DNA of 32,299 nucleotides. It comes from a virus (Duplodnaviria > Caudoviricetes). Below the pieces are notes generated by a model. That model worked only from the letters and a program-made list of their open reading frames with translations. It was not told the origin of the DNA and did no database searches. Positions 1 to 9,942 of the stretch are shown here, in pieces; within the stretch, counting starts at the first letter, position 1; each line of letters opens with the position of its first letter. The translations under genes and the position numbers were made by a program. Where the stretch lies: positions 1 to 32,299 of the IMG/VR virus record IMGVR_UViG_3300012667_000312; one strand, given 5' to 3'.

Positions 1-55
1 GTCGCTTTGTTTACAACGCTAAGGAGAAAGCAAAGAATTTTATAGAACATTATTT
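1..55. repeat. Terminal direct repeat (circular assembly overlap), copy 1
   Basis: GTCGCTTTGT...GAACATTATTT is identical to 32245-32299. Confidence 0.98.
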
Positions 56-965
56 CAATCCAAACGATACGGGATTAGTTGAGGCAGTTAACAAGGCAGT
101 TAGTGTAACACTAACAGTTACTGAATACTATTCAGGTGCTTTGCAAACAGCTGGAGCTTATACAATGACTTACACGGCTTTTGATGCTTGTTTGAATGAA
201 GAGGAGTTTGCTAACTATATCCCCGGCTCATATAATAATAATATTTTAGGTTTACCAAAGGCTTTAAATGTAGCTGATAGCATAGTGACTCCGTTAACAG
301 ATGTTTGGTTACATTTCTTTAAAGCATATAGTATTGAAATATCAGTTAACTCAACTGTTTTAACTACTTTCTCTATTACTGACATTGGAAAAATATACAC
401 ATACAACGTTGGTTATAATGGTATATTAGCTTTAGGTCATACGTTGGCGGTGGGTGACGTTGTAAATATTAAAATAACAACTCCATTAGGCGGTGGGCTA
501 TTTGCAATATCTAATTATCCTTATACAGTTCAGGATATTTGTTCACGTTATGACGTAACAAGGCTTTACTATTTATCTCGTAGCGGTCGTATCTTGTATA
601 AACAATTCAGTTTGGCGGCTACAAAACGAATGAGTAAAAAAACATCAAACGTTCGTTTGGGCAAAGGTAATGTAGTGAGTGGTATCATGACTACAAACAG
701 ATGGGATAGAGAAGTACATGAGGTGGCAAACGTTACGACATACACGTCAACGTTAACAAGTGACTGGATAAGCGAAAGCCAAAACGAAGCTTTACAGGAA
801 TTATTCGACAGTCCAATAGTATGGCAGCACGATGGAACGAATTACATACCAGTAACCATTACAGATACTAGTTACGACTTTAAAAAGCACAATAGCGATA
901 AGCTTTTCAACTATACAGTTAACATCGAATATAACACGCAAGAAACACGTCAAAGGGGCTTATGA
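3..965 (+). CDS. 3' part of a 376-aa virion tail/baseplate protein (distal-tail-like) that starts at 32079
   Basis: Frame is open from position 3 through the TTG at 141 and is in frame with ATG 32079 across the junction. C-terminal LTSDWISE..LQELFDSPIVW is typical of the gene preceding the large tail-tip gene in Bacteroidota siphoviruses. Confidence 0.7.
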   Translation, partial: RFVYNAKEKAKNFIEHYFNPNDTGLVEAVNKAVSVTLTVTEYYSGALQTAGAYTMTYTAFDACLNEEEFANYIPGSYNNNILGLPKALNVADSIVTPLTDVWLHFFKAYSIEISVNSTVLTTFSITDIGKIYTYNVGYNGILALGHTLAVGDVVNIKITTPLGGGLFAISNYPYTVQDICSRYDVTRLYYLSRSGRILYKQFSLAATKRMSKKTSNVRLGKGNVVSGIMTTNRWDREVHEVANVTTYTSTLTSDWISESQNEALQELFDSPIVWQHDGTNYIPVTITDTSYDFKKHNSDKLFNYTVNIEYNTQETRQRGL

Positions 966-3697
966 TAACAACTAGATTAGAGATAGGCGGAGAAAATTAC
1001 GCTATTGTAAATAACATTCCAATTAGTACAAACTTCGTTCAAGCTGACTTAAGGGAACCTGATAAAAGGAATGCATCGTTTACAAAGACCATTACTTTGT
1101 ATGGTAACAACAAGCTGAATAAGTTATTTGAGAATATCTTTGAGGCTAATATTGACTTGCAATCGTTTAACCCTAACTTAAAAGAAACTGCTAAATACTT
1201 CGTTGATGAAACACAAGTATTGACGGGGGCCTTGCAGTTATTGAAAATTACCAAAACACCTGACAACAACATTGTTTATGAGTGTTCGATTATTGGAAAC
1301 GAAGGTAATTTGTTTGTTGATATTGGTGATAAGTATTTGGAAGAATTAGATTTTAGCGAATACGATCACGATTACACTAGAGCTAATCAGATAGCATCGT
1401 GGACTAACAATTGTAAGGTAAGTGGTGTAAGCACAAACGTTGGAATGGGTAAGGGCTACTATTACGGGTTTGTTCAAAGGGGATTAGGGACTAATAGTGA
1501 TAGTGTTTTCAGTGTAAAAGAATTTTTCCCTCAATTATTTGTAAGGGAATATTTAGAGAAAATATTCGCTCAGGGTGGCTATACATGGGATTCTGACTTC
1601 TTAGATAGTGATGAATTTAAAAAGTTAATTGTTGAGCCAAATATAAGTGCTTTACAAATGACACAAAGCCAATTAGACAACGCACAAATAAACGTTGGTG
1701 TTCCTTCAATTGGTTATGAAATTTACTATACTAATCCTCCTTGGGTGTCAAATGGTAATTATCAATTTATACCATATTTAAACGAAAGTTATCCTTTCTT
1801 TGACCCTTCAAATCAATGGAATACCGATGGTTTTGGAACAGATGGAGTAATACAAAAGAAAGGCTATTACAACATAAACCATAAAATAAAAATAAAAATT
1901 TCATTTGACCATACTAATCCATTAGTTGATACTTTTAGATTATATAGTTTTGATTATCCTACATCTGTAAATGAATGGACTTTTGAAACAGTTATTTTAA
2001 GAAATGGAAGCATATTAACTACATCACCAAAAACTGAATTTTATATTACGGAAGAAATTATAACTTATACAAATGGCAGTACTAGTACGGTTACTCATAA
2101 TTTAGCTACTAGCCAAATACAATTTTTTATTGGTTCTAGGCTTAATCCAAATGTTGTTAAAAACGAATATTACGCAATAATTAGTGTATCTAGCGGAGAA
2201 GTTTTATTAAACAAAGGAGATGTAATTAGCACTAAGGCTAGATATTTATTTGCGCCTGCAAAAGCTATTTGGTCGCAATCTAGTACTGGTACTGATATTA
2301 CAGGAATGACAGGCGGGACAATTATTACTAAAGTAGTAGGCGGTGCAATGGGTTCTAATTTATCCATGTTTGTTACTAGAAAAGAAATAGTTGAAGGCGG
2401 AACATTAGACCCTTCAAGTGCTATCCCTAAGCAAATAAAACAAAAGGATTTTGTCAAGTCAATAATGCAAGCGTTTAACTTGTATTTAGACTTTGATAAG
2501 AACAATCCTAAAAAAATTATTATAGAAAGCTATAATGATTATTTTAACTATGGCGCATCTGTTGACTGGTCTAATAAAATAGATTTAGACAAACCTATTG
2601 ATATTAATCCTATCAGTATGGTTGACGGCAAACGTTATTTCTTTAGATATAAAGCAGACAAAGATTTTTACAATCAAAAGTATTTAGATAGATATGCTGA
2701 AACATTTGGGACGCAGAGAATAGACATTGATAATGATTTCAAAAAAGAGGATAAGATTAATGAGTTAATTTTTTCGCCAACTCCAAATGTAGCAAATGAT
2801 ACATTGAGAATTGCTGTTCCAAAAATTTACAAAGACCAAAATGGAAGCAATACAACTCCAAACATTCGCTTACTTTATGCTGGAGGTGTAAAACAAGCAT
2901 ATGCTCCGATAACGTATAAACAAACAGATTTAGCCGATTACAACACTATTAATTACGCTTATTGTGGCCATACGGATGACGCTCAAACGCCAACTGTTGA
3001 TTTAAATTTTGGAATACCAAAAGAGATATTTTACATATACGCTGAGTCGCAATTCACTAACAATAACCTTTACAACAGATACCACAAAAACTTTATTCTA
3101 AACGTAACAAGCAAAAATTCAAAGGTTATGACGGCTTACTTATGGCTATCACCTTTGGACATCAAAACGTTTAGCTTTAGAAAGAAATACTTTATAGATA
3201 ACGCTTACTATATTGTAAACAAAATCATTGATTACAATCCATACGAAACTCAATCGACAAAGGTTGAATTAATTAAGATTTTAAATACTGATTTGTTTAC
3301 ACCTACGACTGAATTTTTCTATGACAACCCAACTATCTCAACAGGTGTGGACGTTGGTATAGCAGTTGACCAATCATCTGCTAATTATAGTCAGAATTCA
3401 ATCAACATGGGCCTTAACAGCGTTGCAATCGGAGAAGGCATATTTATACCAGCTACAGCGACTAACGTTTTGGTAAACGCTCAAAACGTAACCATTGGAG
3501 AAAACGTATCAAATGTCACTGTAATTAATACTTCAAATATAACAGTAACAGAAAGCAATGTGAGCTACATTAATGGTGTTTACTATCCAACTTACACAAT
3601 ATTAAGCGGTGGTTTAGATGTTGATGCGGATGTTAATGTTTTATCAGGTGGCTTAAATTCAAACTTACAAAACTCAATACTTATAGATGGCAACTGA
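962..3697 (+). CDS. Large tail tip/baseplate hub structural protein (911 aa)
   Basis: N-terminal ADLREPDKRNASFTKTITL, internal IKQKDFVKSIMQAFNLYL and DWSNKID motifs; ATGA overlap with the upstream gene; Asn/Val-rich C-terminus resembling a beta-helix. Confidence 0.7.
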   Translation: MITTRLEIGGENYAIVNNIPISTNFVQADLREPDKRNASFTKTITLYGNNKLNKLFENIFEANIDLQSFNPNLKETAKYFVDETQVLTGALQLLKITKTPDNNIVYECSIIGNEGNLFVDIGDKYLEELDFSEYDHDYTRANQIASWTNNCKVSGVSTNVGMGKGYYYGFVQRGLGTNSDSVFSVKEFFPQLFVREYLEKIFAQGGYTWDSDFLDSDEFKKLIVEPNISALQMTQSQLDNAQINVGVPSIGYEIYYTNPPWVSNGNYQFIPYLNESYPFFDPSNQWNTDGFGTDGVIQKKGYYNINHKIKIKISFDHTNPLVDTFRLYSFDYPTSVNEWTFETVILRNGSILTTSPKTEFYITEEIITYTNGSTSTVTHNLATSQIQFFIGSRLNPNVVKNEYYAIISVSSGEVLLNKGDVISTKARYLFAPAKAIWSQSSTGTDITGMTGGTIITKVVGGAMGSNLSMFVTRKEIVEGGTLDPSSAIPKQIKQKDFVKSIMQAFNLYLDFDKNNPKKIIIESYNDYFNYGASVDWSNKIDLDKPIDINPISMVDGKRYFFRYKADKDFYNQKYLDRYAETFGTQRIDIDNDFKKEDKINELIFSPTPNVANDTLRIAVPKIYKDQNGSNTTPNIRLLYAGGVKQAYAPITYKQTDLADYNTINYAYCGHTDDAQTPTVDLNFGIPKEIFYIYAESQFTNNNLYNRYHKNFILNVTSKNSKVMTAYLWLSPLDIKTFSFRKKYFIDNAYYIVNKIIDYNPYETQSTKVELIKILNTDLFTPTTEFFYDNPTISTGVDVGIAVDQSSANYSQNSINMGLNSVAIGEGIFIPATATNVLVNAQNVTIGENVSNVTVINTSNITVTESNVSYINGVYYPTYTILSGGLDVDADVNVLSGGLNSNLQNSILIDGN

Positions 3698-4718
3698 ATA
3701 TAAAAGAATCGTAATTAAAAAAGGGACAGGAGTTCCAACCATTCCCACTAATAATGACCATACTTCTGGCACCTGGTTAGCAACTGATTTGTATGTGGGC
3801 GAGTTCTACATGGACACCGCAACTGATAAAATTTACATGCGTACGGCTGGTGGCATTGAAGAGGTTATTTATGATGTTGCAAGTTATGAAGTAGTAGCTA
3901 ATAAGGCGACTACGTTTGCGACGTTAAACAATACTTTGTATCCAACAACGCAAGCGGTAGACACTTACATTGATAGTAAAATTTCAATGGCTAATTATTG
4001 GACATGTCAAGGATTAGAGATAAGACGTGGGTTTGTAACTCAAAACAACTCAACTACTTTATTTTTAGAAAATATTGCGGTTGGGACGGCTGGGGGTACG
4101 GCTACGGCGGTATCAGTAAGTACAGGGAGTGAATTAAGTAAAAAGATTAGAACAAGGATGCAAGTATCAACTCCGGCGGCAAATGGTATTTGTTCTTATC
4201 GTTCAACAAGTGCGCTTCACTACGTTGGTACTGGTTTCAGATTTAGTTTTGGTTTTGGTGTAAGTGATTCGGCATTAAATACAGGTGCACGTCAATTCTA
4301 CGGAGTTACCGCAACTACGGGGGCTATTTCAATTAGTTCAACTATTTTAGTTGAAACATTATTGAATTGCATAGGAATAGGTTCGGATGCGTTGGATACT
4401 AATTTACAAATATTCCACAACGACGGAACGGGAACTTGTACGAAAATAGATTTAGGTTCTAACTTCCCGGCTAATCGTAATGCGTCTCCTTATACTGATT
4501 TCATTACGTTTGAACTTTACAATCCTGAGCAATCAACCGATGTTTACTATCGCGCGATAAGTCATCAAAACAATAATTTTACAGTTGAGGGAACTATTAC
4601 AACTGATTTACCAAGTAACGTAACAGCCTTAACAATGCAAGCAGTTAGAACGTCAGGAAGTTCATCCAACGCATGTTCATTCGATTATTCACAAATGGTT
4701 TTAAGTAGCTTATCATAA
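3687..4718 (+). CDS. Tail fibre/receptor-binding-like protein (343 aa)
   Basis: N-terminal RIVIKKG..VP...LYVGEFYMDTATDKIY fibre-attachment-like motif; YPTTQAVDTY fibre repeat; Ser/Thr/Gly-rich beta C-terminus. Confidence 0.6.
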   Translation: MATEYKRIVIKKGTGVPTIPTNNDHTSGTWLATDLYVGEFYMDTATDKIYMRTAGGIEEVIYDVASYEVVANKATTFATLNNTLYPTTQAVDTYIDSKISMANYWTCQGLEIRRGFVTQNNSTTLFLENIAVGTAGGTATAVSVSTGSELSKKIRTRMQVSTPAANGICSYRSTSALHYVGTGFRFSFGFGVSDSALNTGARQFYGVTATTGAISISSTILVETLLNCIGIGSDALDTNLQIFHNDGTGTCTKIDLGSNFPANRNASPYTDFITFELYNPEQSTDVYYRAISHQNNNFTVEGTITTDLPSNVTALTMQAVRTSGSSSNACSFDYSQMVLSSLS

Positions 4719-4719
4719 T

Positions 4720-4887
4720 ATGGTTGAAATAATTACATACACTGAAAATAGGGGCGACATTACCTATGTCACTTCGGCGCATCTCGATAAAATAGTTGTG
4801 GCGAATGAGGTTGCAACTGAAAACGTCGATGCTGAATTATTAATTCAAAAACAAATAATTGAAGACTATGTCATTAGAAATAGCTGA
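4720..4887 (+). CDS. Small hypothetical protein (55 aa, MVEIITYTEN...)
   Basis: Not in the ORF track; ATG 1 nt after the previous stop, fills the gap. Confidence 0.6.
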   Translation: MVEIITYTENRGDITYVTSAHLDKIVVANEVATENVDAELLIQKQIIEDYVIRNS

Positions 4888-5023
4888 AGAATTATTGAAA
4901 GAACATAGTCTAAAAGACTTTGATAATAGCGTTCGCGAGGGCTTTGCTCTGTTTGAATACCTATTGAAACTTAAAGAAATTAATGACCCTGAATTAAATA
5001 AAATATTAGATGGCAGAAAATAA
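4868..5023 (+). CDS. Small hypothetical protein (51 aa, MSLEIAEELL...)
   Basis: Not in the ORF track; overlaps both neighbours, including the tape measure start. Confidence 0.55.
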   Translation: MSLEIAEELLKEHSLKDFDNSVREGFALFEYLLKLKEINDPELNKILDGRK

Positions 5024-6905
5024 AGACATAGGTTTTAAACTCGAGATTAACGGTGTTGAAAAGTCCATTAGCTCAATTAAAGATTTAAAGGGTGCTATTA
5101 AAGACCTTCAAGACGTTGCTGAAAATTCCGATATAGGTAGCGAGCAATATAAGCAAGCTATTGAAGACCTTGAAAAGTTAAATGACCAATTAAAGGAAGT
5201 TACTCAAACTGAAAGACAGGCGGCTAAGGCGGCCGAAGATTTGGCTAAGGCTGAGAAAGAGGCAGCTAAGGAAACTGGAGATTTGAGAAAGCAGTTTGAA
5301 ACTTTAGAAGATGAACTCTTTATGCTTGCTGGTCAAGGCAAACAAAATAGTGAGCAATTCAGAAAGCTATCAGTTGAGGCGGCCGCGTTAAATAAAAAAA
5401 TAGATGACGTTAACCAATCGTTAAGCGGTAATGGTACTGAAAGGGCTGAAGCTGGGTTCTCAAAGTTTGGCGAATCTTTAAAAAAATTAGATTTTAAAGG
5501 TGTAGCGCAAGGTGCTAAGTTAATGGGTACAGCATTAGCGGCTACGGGTATAATGCTAATTGTTCAGCTTGTTGGCTATTTAATTTCAAATTTTGACGAG
5601 CTGTCAAAAGGTAGTGGGGGATTAGCTAAGGCATTAAAATTTGTTGGCGATGTTATTGGAGAGATTTTAAAAGCGGGCGAACAAATGCTCAACTTTTTAA
5701 CCGATGCTATTGGGTTGACAAGTGAGCTTGAAAGAACACAGGAAGCAATGGGTAAAAAAGCCATTGACTCATTTACCAAAAGCAAAGAGGCTCTAGGCGA
5801 ACAAACGGCTGAGATGGATAGAAACATTAAGGTTGCTAAGGCGATGGGTAAGAATACTGTTGAGATGGAAATCGAGAAACAGAAAGCCATCATTGAGACC
5901 AACAAACAGTATTTGTTGCAACTCCAACAAATGTCTAAAACTCGCGCCATTACAGAGGAAGAAAGAAAGTTAGTTAAGGAAGCGGCAAAGTCAATTAAGG
6001 ATGCAAATGCTGAGATTCAGATTATTGAAGCGAATTCAAAAAAAGAGAAAGACGAAAAAGAAAAAGCGGCAAACGAAAAGAGAAAAGCAGAAAGAGAAAA
6101 GAGGTTAGCCGAACAAAAAAGATTAGCAGATGAAGAAAAGAAATTCAATGATGAATTTAATAAAGAGATAGCTAAGAAATTTGATGAAGAACAAAAGAGA
6201 TTAGCGGCCGAAGCTTTATTAGCTCAACAAGCAGAGGATGCAAGGATTGAAGCTGAAATACAAGCAGAAAATAAAATACTTCAAGAACAAAAAAGAATTA
6301 GAGATGAATACGCTGCAAAGGAAGCGGCTGGTTATGCTGAATTAGAAAAAGAAAAATATAACATTGCATTAGGTGGCTTACAAGCAGTACAGAATTTATC
6401 TGATATGTACTTTTTATTTAAGTCTAAGAATTTAAAAAAAGGTAGTAAAGAAGAAGAAGAAGCGGCGCGTAAAGCATTTGAAGTAAACAAAGCGTTACAA
6501 TTATCAACGGCGGTTGTTAGTGGATTTCAGGCGGTACAAAATGCTTATACAACTGGTTTAGCATCTCCAATTATGGCAGTGTTTCCGGGTTATGCAACTT
6601 TACAAGCTGTAATTGCTGGTATAGCATCGGCGGCTAACATTGCTAAAATAGCATCTTCAAAATTCAGTCCGTCAGCGAGTGGCGACATGGGTGGCGGTGC
6701 CGCTCCAGCATCTGCTCCAATACCAGCCCCCCCAACAGTTAACACACCTGGGGCAAACGTAGAAGGTACACGTTTTGACCAAGAAGGGAATAAAATAAAT
6801 AACAATCAACAACCGATGATACAAGTAAATGCGACTGTCGGAGTAGATGAAATCACAGCTAAATCAAATAGAGTTCAAGTATTAGAAAATCAATCAAAAT
6901 TTTAA
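5010..6905 (+). CDS. Tape measure protein (631 aa)
   Basis: Long Ala/Lys/Glu coiled-coil; hydrophobic ALAATGIMLIVQLVGYLI and C-terminal AVIAGIASAANIAKI segments; KAFEVNKALQL motif. Confidence 0.85.
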   Translation: MAENKDIGFKLEINGVEKSISSIKDLKGAIKDLQDVAENSDIGSEQYKQAIEDLEKLNDQLKEVTQTERQAAKAAEDLAKAEKEAAKETGDLRKQFETLEDELFMLAGQGKQNSEQFRKLSVEAAALNKKIDDVNQSLSGNGTERAEAGFSKFGESLKKLDFKGVAQGAKLMGTALAATGIMLIVQLVGYLISNFDELSKGSGGLAKALKFVGDVIGEILKAGEQMLNFLTDAIGLTSELERTQEAMGKKAIDSFTKSKEALGEQTAEMDRNIKVAKAMGKNTVEMEIEKQKAIIETNKQYLLQLQQMSKTRAITEEERKLVKEAAKSIKDANAEIQIIEANSKKEKDEKEKAANEKRKAEREKRLAEQKRLADEEKKFNDEFNKEIAKKFDEEQKRLAAEALLAQQAEDARIEAEIQAENKILQEQKRIRDEYAAKEAAGYAELEKEKYNIALGGLQAVQNLSDMYFLFKSKNLKKGSKEEEEAARKAFEVNKALQLSTAVVSGFQAVQNAYTTGLASPIMAVFPGYATLQAVIAGIASAANIAKIASSKFSPSASGDMGGGAAPASAPIPAPPTVNTPGANVEGTRFDQEGNKINNNQQPMIQVNATVGVDEITAKSNRVQVLENQSKF

Positions 6906-6908
6906 ATT

Positions 6909-7481
6909 ATGAAATATCCTGTATACCTTTTAGAACTAGACGAAAATGGCAACGAACAATATGGCTTGCAAGATGTGGCCTTAGTAAACTCCCCAGCTTA
7001 TGAATCTAACTTTTTAAAGTTTGAATCTCACAAAGCATTGTTTGCTATTCAAAACGAAGAAAAGAGAATTGTTTGTGGGGCCGTTATGATACCTGACAAA
7101 TTGGTTTATCGAGAAGAAAACGGAAAGCCTTTCTATGTAGGAGCTACAAAAGAAACTATTTACGAAGCATCACAAAAATTCGCTAAGGAAAATAGAAACC
7201 TAAACGTAAAAGCTACTCATGAGACAGATAGCAATGTGGAAGACGTATTTATATTCGAGTCATTTATAACCGATGAAAATCGTGTTCAATCGGTAAAAGG
7301 CTTTGAAGATTTGCCGTTTGGCACTTGGTTTATGACTATGAAAATTAACAATGAGGATGTTTGGCAAAAAGTTAAACAAGGCGAATTTAATGGCTTTAGT
7401 TTAGAGGCTTTATTCAAGTTAAAACCAGTTGAGCCTTTGAATGACAAAGAGATTGAGGCCCTTATGAATTTAATTGATTAA
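6909..7481 (+). CDS. Prohead maturation serine protease (XkdF-like)
   Basis: VALVNSPAYE, EEKRIVCGAVMIPDK, catalytic-like H (ATHE) and VKQGEFNGFSLE motifs; lies upstream of scaffold and capsid genes. Confidence 0.85.
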   Translation: MKYPVYLLELDENGNEQYGLQDVALVNSPAYESNFLKFESHKALFAIQNEEKRIVCGAVMIPDKLVYREENGKPFYVGATKETIYEASQKFAKENRNLNVKATHETDSNVEDVFIFESFITDENRVQSVKGFEDLPFGTWFMTMKINNEDVWQKVKQGEFNGFSLEALFKLKPVEPLNDKEIEALMNLID

Positions 7482-7486
7482 AAAGT

Positions 7487-7514
7487 TATCACTCATATTA
7501 AAATAAATACTTAA
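7487..7514 (+). promoter_or_regulatory. Putative phage late promoter PL1 (TATC-N15-AATACTTAA)
   Basis: One of four copies of the motif, each directly upstream of a structural gene. Confidence 0.7.
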
Positions 7515-7527
7515 AGAAAAAAAGAAA

Positions 7528-8091
7528 ATGAATTTAAACGAAACAATAAATAACATTTTGCCTACTGAATTGAAGGCTAAATTAAAAAGTGCTTTTATGC
7601 AATTTACTGAGACTCCAGTAACTGAGCCACAACAAGAGCCAATTAAAATGGCTGAAATTAAATTAGTTGATGGTAATGTTGTATCAGTTGAAGGTGAATT
7701 CGTAGTAGGTGCAAAGATTTTCTTAGTGACGCCCGAAGGACTTGTTGTAGCGCCGAATGGCGAACATACAGCTGAAGATGGTACAGTGGTTACTGTATTA
7801 GATGGTGTTATCACTGAAATCGAAGCAAAAGAAGAAGCTCCAGAAGTTGAAACAGCAACTGAGCAAATGGGTGAAGTTGATAAATTGAAAACTGAAATGG
7901 CTGCAATGTCAAAACAGTTAGAATCATTAAAATCAGAATTTGCTAAACAAACTGAAACAGTTAAGTTGACTTTGTCAGCTATTAATAAGATTGTTGAAAC
8001 TCCAGTAACTGAGCCGATTGAGGCGAAAGTTGATTTCAGTTCTTTGACACCATATCAAAAACATAAACTTGCGAAATATGGCAAAGTATAA
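7528..8091 (+). CDS. Capsid scaffolding protein (187 aa)
   Basis: Lies between protease and capsid; acidic; APNGEHTAEDG..V.V.DGVITEI motif followed by a coiled coil. Confidence 0.75.
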   Translation: MNLNETINNILPTELKAKLKSAFMQFTETPVTEPQQEPIKMAEIKLVDGNVVSVEGEFVVGAKIFLVTPEGLVVAPNGEHTAEDGTVVTVLDGVITEIEAKEEAPEVETATEQMGEVDKLKTEMAAMSKQLESLKSEFAKQTETVKLTLSAINKIVETPVTEPIEAKVDFSSLTPYQKHKLAKYGKV

Positions 8092-8284
8092 ATTTAAAGA
8101 GGGCTTCGAGTATGTGTTCAATGGTGGGCGCATTACAAACGAAGACTTATCGGATGACGTTGCAATACATTTGTTATCAAAGGGTCGATTAAAGTTAGAA
8201 GACTTTGATATTTCAGATGAAACAACTGAACAACAAGAAAAAAAACAAATAGAAAAAAAAATAAAAACAAAAACTAAAAACTAA
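8078..8284 (+). CDS. Small hypothetical head-module protein (68 aa from ATG 8078)
   Basis: ATG 8078 preferred over TTG 8069; ITNEDLSDDVAIHLL motif and Lys-rich tail. Confidence 0.65.
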   Translation: MAKYKFKEGFEYVFNGGRITNEDLSDDVAIHLLSKGRLKLEDFDISDETTEQQEKKQIEKKIKTKTKN

Positions 8285-8289
8285 AAATT

Positions 8290-9306
8290 ATGGCAATTAA
8301 TTACAGCGTAATCGATATAAGAGGTGTATCTGCCAGTCCCATCATTGAGGAGGTCTTATTCGAAAACAAAACATTGGGCGAAGGTTACGTTACCTTTGAA
8401 GAAGAAGTAAAGAACGAAGTTATTTTTACTGAAGGTGCAACTACAGCATCAATGCAAGCATACACAAGCGGTGCGCCAACTTCTGCAGGTTCATTAGATT
8501 TATTTGATGTATCTATTACACCAACTAAATACTTGTACTACCAAACATTTGATCCTAACACTTTACGTCCTTCAAGATTTAAACGTGATATGAAGCCAGG
8601 TGCGTGGGAAACATTATCAAATGAGTTCGAACAAGTAGTTATCGGTGGAATGTATTCTAAAAAGATTGCATTCGATGCTGAATACCAATTTTGGTCAGGT
8701 ATCACTTCAGCTCAAAAAACAGCTATTGCTGCATTAACAGCTGGTACTGCTAACAACCAAATTGGTGCAGATGAAAAAACAGTTGCGGCGGCTTTAACTG
8801 CTGGTCAATTTAATGGTGTTGTTGCATCAATGATGTACAACGCATGGAACTCAACATCTACAGCGGGTGTAGGTACTCGTTTAAAAGTTGACGGTATCGC
8901 AATTACTTCAAGTAACATCGCACAAGAATACGCGCGTGTTTATGCTGCAATACCAGCGACTGTATTAGCATCAGGTTTAACACCTTATATCTACGCACCT
9001 AAATCACACATGCAATTGATTAACATTTATAATGTTAGTGCAACTTACAGAGATTTATTCAGCGTAGTAGGTGAGAAATATTTCTACAATGGTATCGAGA
9101 TTAAATTTGTTCCTGTACCTGAAAACGTAATCATTGCGGCTCCAAAAGAACATTTATTTTGGGTAACTGATTTAACGTCTGATGTAAATAAATTTGAAGT
9201 TAACAAGGTAGCGTTAAACCAAGACTTGTTATTCGTTAAACACGTTGGAACTATTGCGGCTTATGTAGCTAACCAAGCGTTCAACGTATTATATGTTGGT
9301 TCTTAA
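8290..9306 (+). CDS. Major capsid protein (338 aa)
   Basis: Follows protease and scaffold; size fits; EYQFWSG...QFNG and FYNGIEIKFV motifs; followed by a terminator. Confidence 0.85.
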   Translation: MAINYSVIDIRGVSASPIIEEVLFENKTLGEGYVTFEEEVKNEVIFTEGATTASMQAYTSGAPTSAGSLDLFDVSITPTKYLYYQTFDPNTLRPSRFKRDMKPGAWETLSNEFEQVVIGGMYSKKIAFDAEYQFWSGITSAQKTAIAALTAGTANNQIGADEKTVAAALTAGQFNGVVASMMYNAWNSTSTAGVGTRLKVDGIAITSSNIAQEYARVYAAIPATVLASGLTPYIYAPKSHMQLINIYNVSATYRDLFSVVGEKYFYNGIEIKFVPVPENVIIAAPKEHLFWVTDLTSDVNKFEVNKVALNQDLLFVKHVGTIAAYVANQAFNVLYVGS

Positions 9307-9317
9307 TAACTAAACAC

Positions 9318-9345
9318 AAGGGGGAGTTGAAAGCCCCCCTTTTTT
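9318..9345 (+). terminator. Intrinsic terminator after the capsid gene
   Basis: AAGGGGG-agttgaaagc-CCCCCTT stem running into a T6 tract. Confidence 0.8.
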
Positions 9346-9370
9346 ATAAACCTTAAAAAAAATTATTATT

Positions 9371-9886
9371 ATGGCATGTGCATTGACACAGGGACACACT
9401 CCCAAGGTTTGTAAGACCTCAGCGGGTGTTAAGTCCTTTTTAATTACGGAATTTGCAAACGTAACAGCATTGGTTAAAACGGCTGGTGTGATTACAACTA
9501 TTACAGCGGCGGTTGGTACTGATTGGTTCCGTTACAAACAAAAATCAGAGGTTGCATCTTGGAAACAAACAGGTGCTTCAGATGTTAAAACAGGTACTGT
9601 AGCTTATGACTTAGAAGCTAATATGGAGTTATTAGGATTAGATCAGGCGACACAAACTGAACTTGATTTATTAATCAGAAACACTGTTTTAATCATTGCT
9701 GAAATGACTGACGGAACGTTTTGGTTCTTAGGTGAGAATTACGGAATGGACTTAGTTTCAGACGGGCTGGAATCAGGGGTTGCATTAGGTGACTTCATGG
9801 GTGACAAATTACAATTCAAAGGTAGAGCGTTTACTCGCGTTGCTTCGGTTGGATCATCTGTTATTAGTGGTTTAACTATAGCTTAA
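9371..9886 (+). CDS. Major tail tube protein (171 aa)
   Basis: MAC.LT.G....C....GVK N-terminus and FWFLGENYG...SGVALGD..G..L.F.G motifs, as in Bacteroidota siphovirus tail tube proteins. Confidence 0.75.
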   Translation: MACALTQGHTPKVCKTSAGVKSFLITEFANVTALVKTAGVITTITAAVGTDWFRYKQKSEVASWKQTGASDVKTGTVAYDLEANMELLGLDQATQTELDLLIRNTVLIIAEMTDGTFWFLGENYGMDLVSDGLESGVALGDFMGDKLQFKGRAFTRVASVGSSVISGLTIA

Positions 9887-9909
9887 TTGGTTAATTATTG
9901 ATTTGTTTT

Positions 9910-9939
9910 AAAAGAGGTAGTCATGTGGCTACCTTTTTT
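9910..9939 (+). terminator. Intrinsic terminator after the tail tube gene
   Basis: GAGGTAGTCA / TGGCTACCTT stem followed by a T run. Confidence 0.85.
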
Positions 9940-9942
9940 ATT

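Noticed and set aside
3676-3684. Fifth late promoter (AATACTTAT)
   Set aside because: One mismatch, upstream box is ATTC rather than TATC, and it lies only 2 nt from the next ATG.
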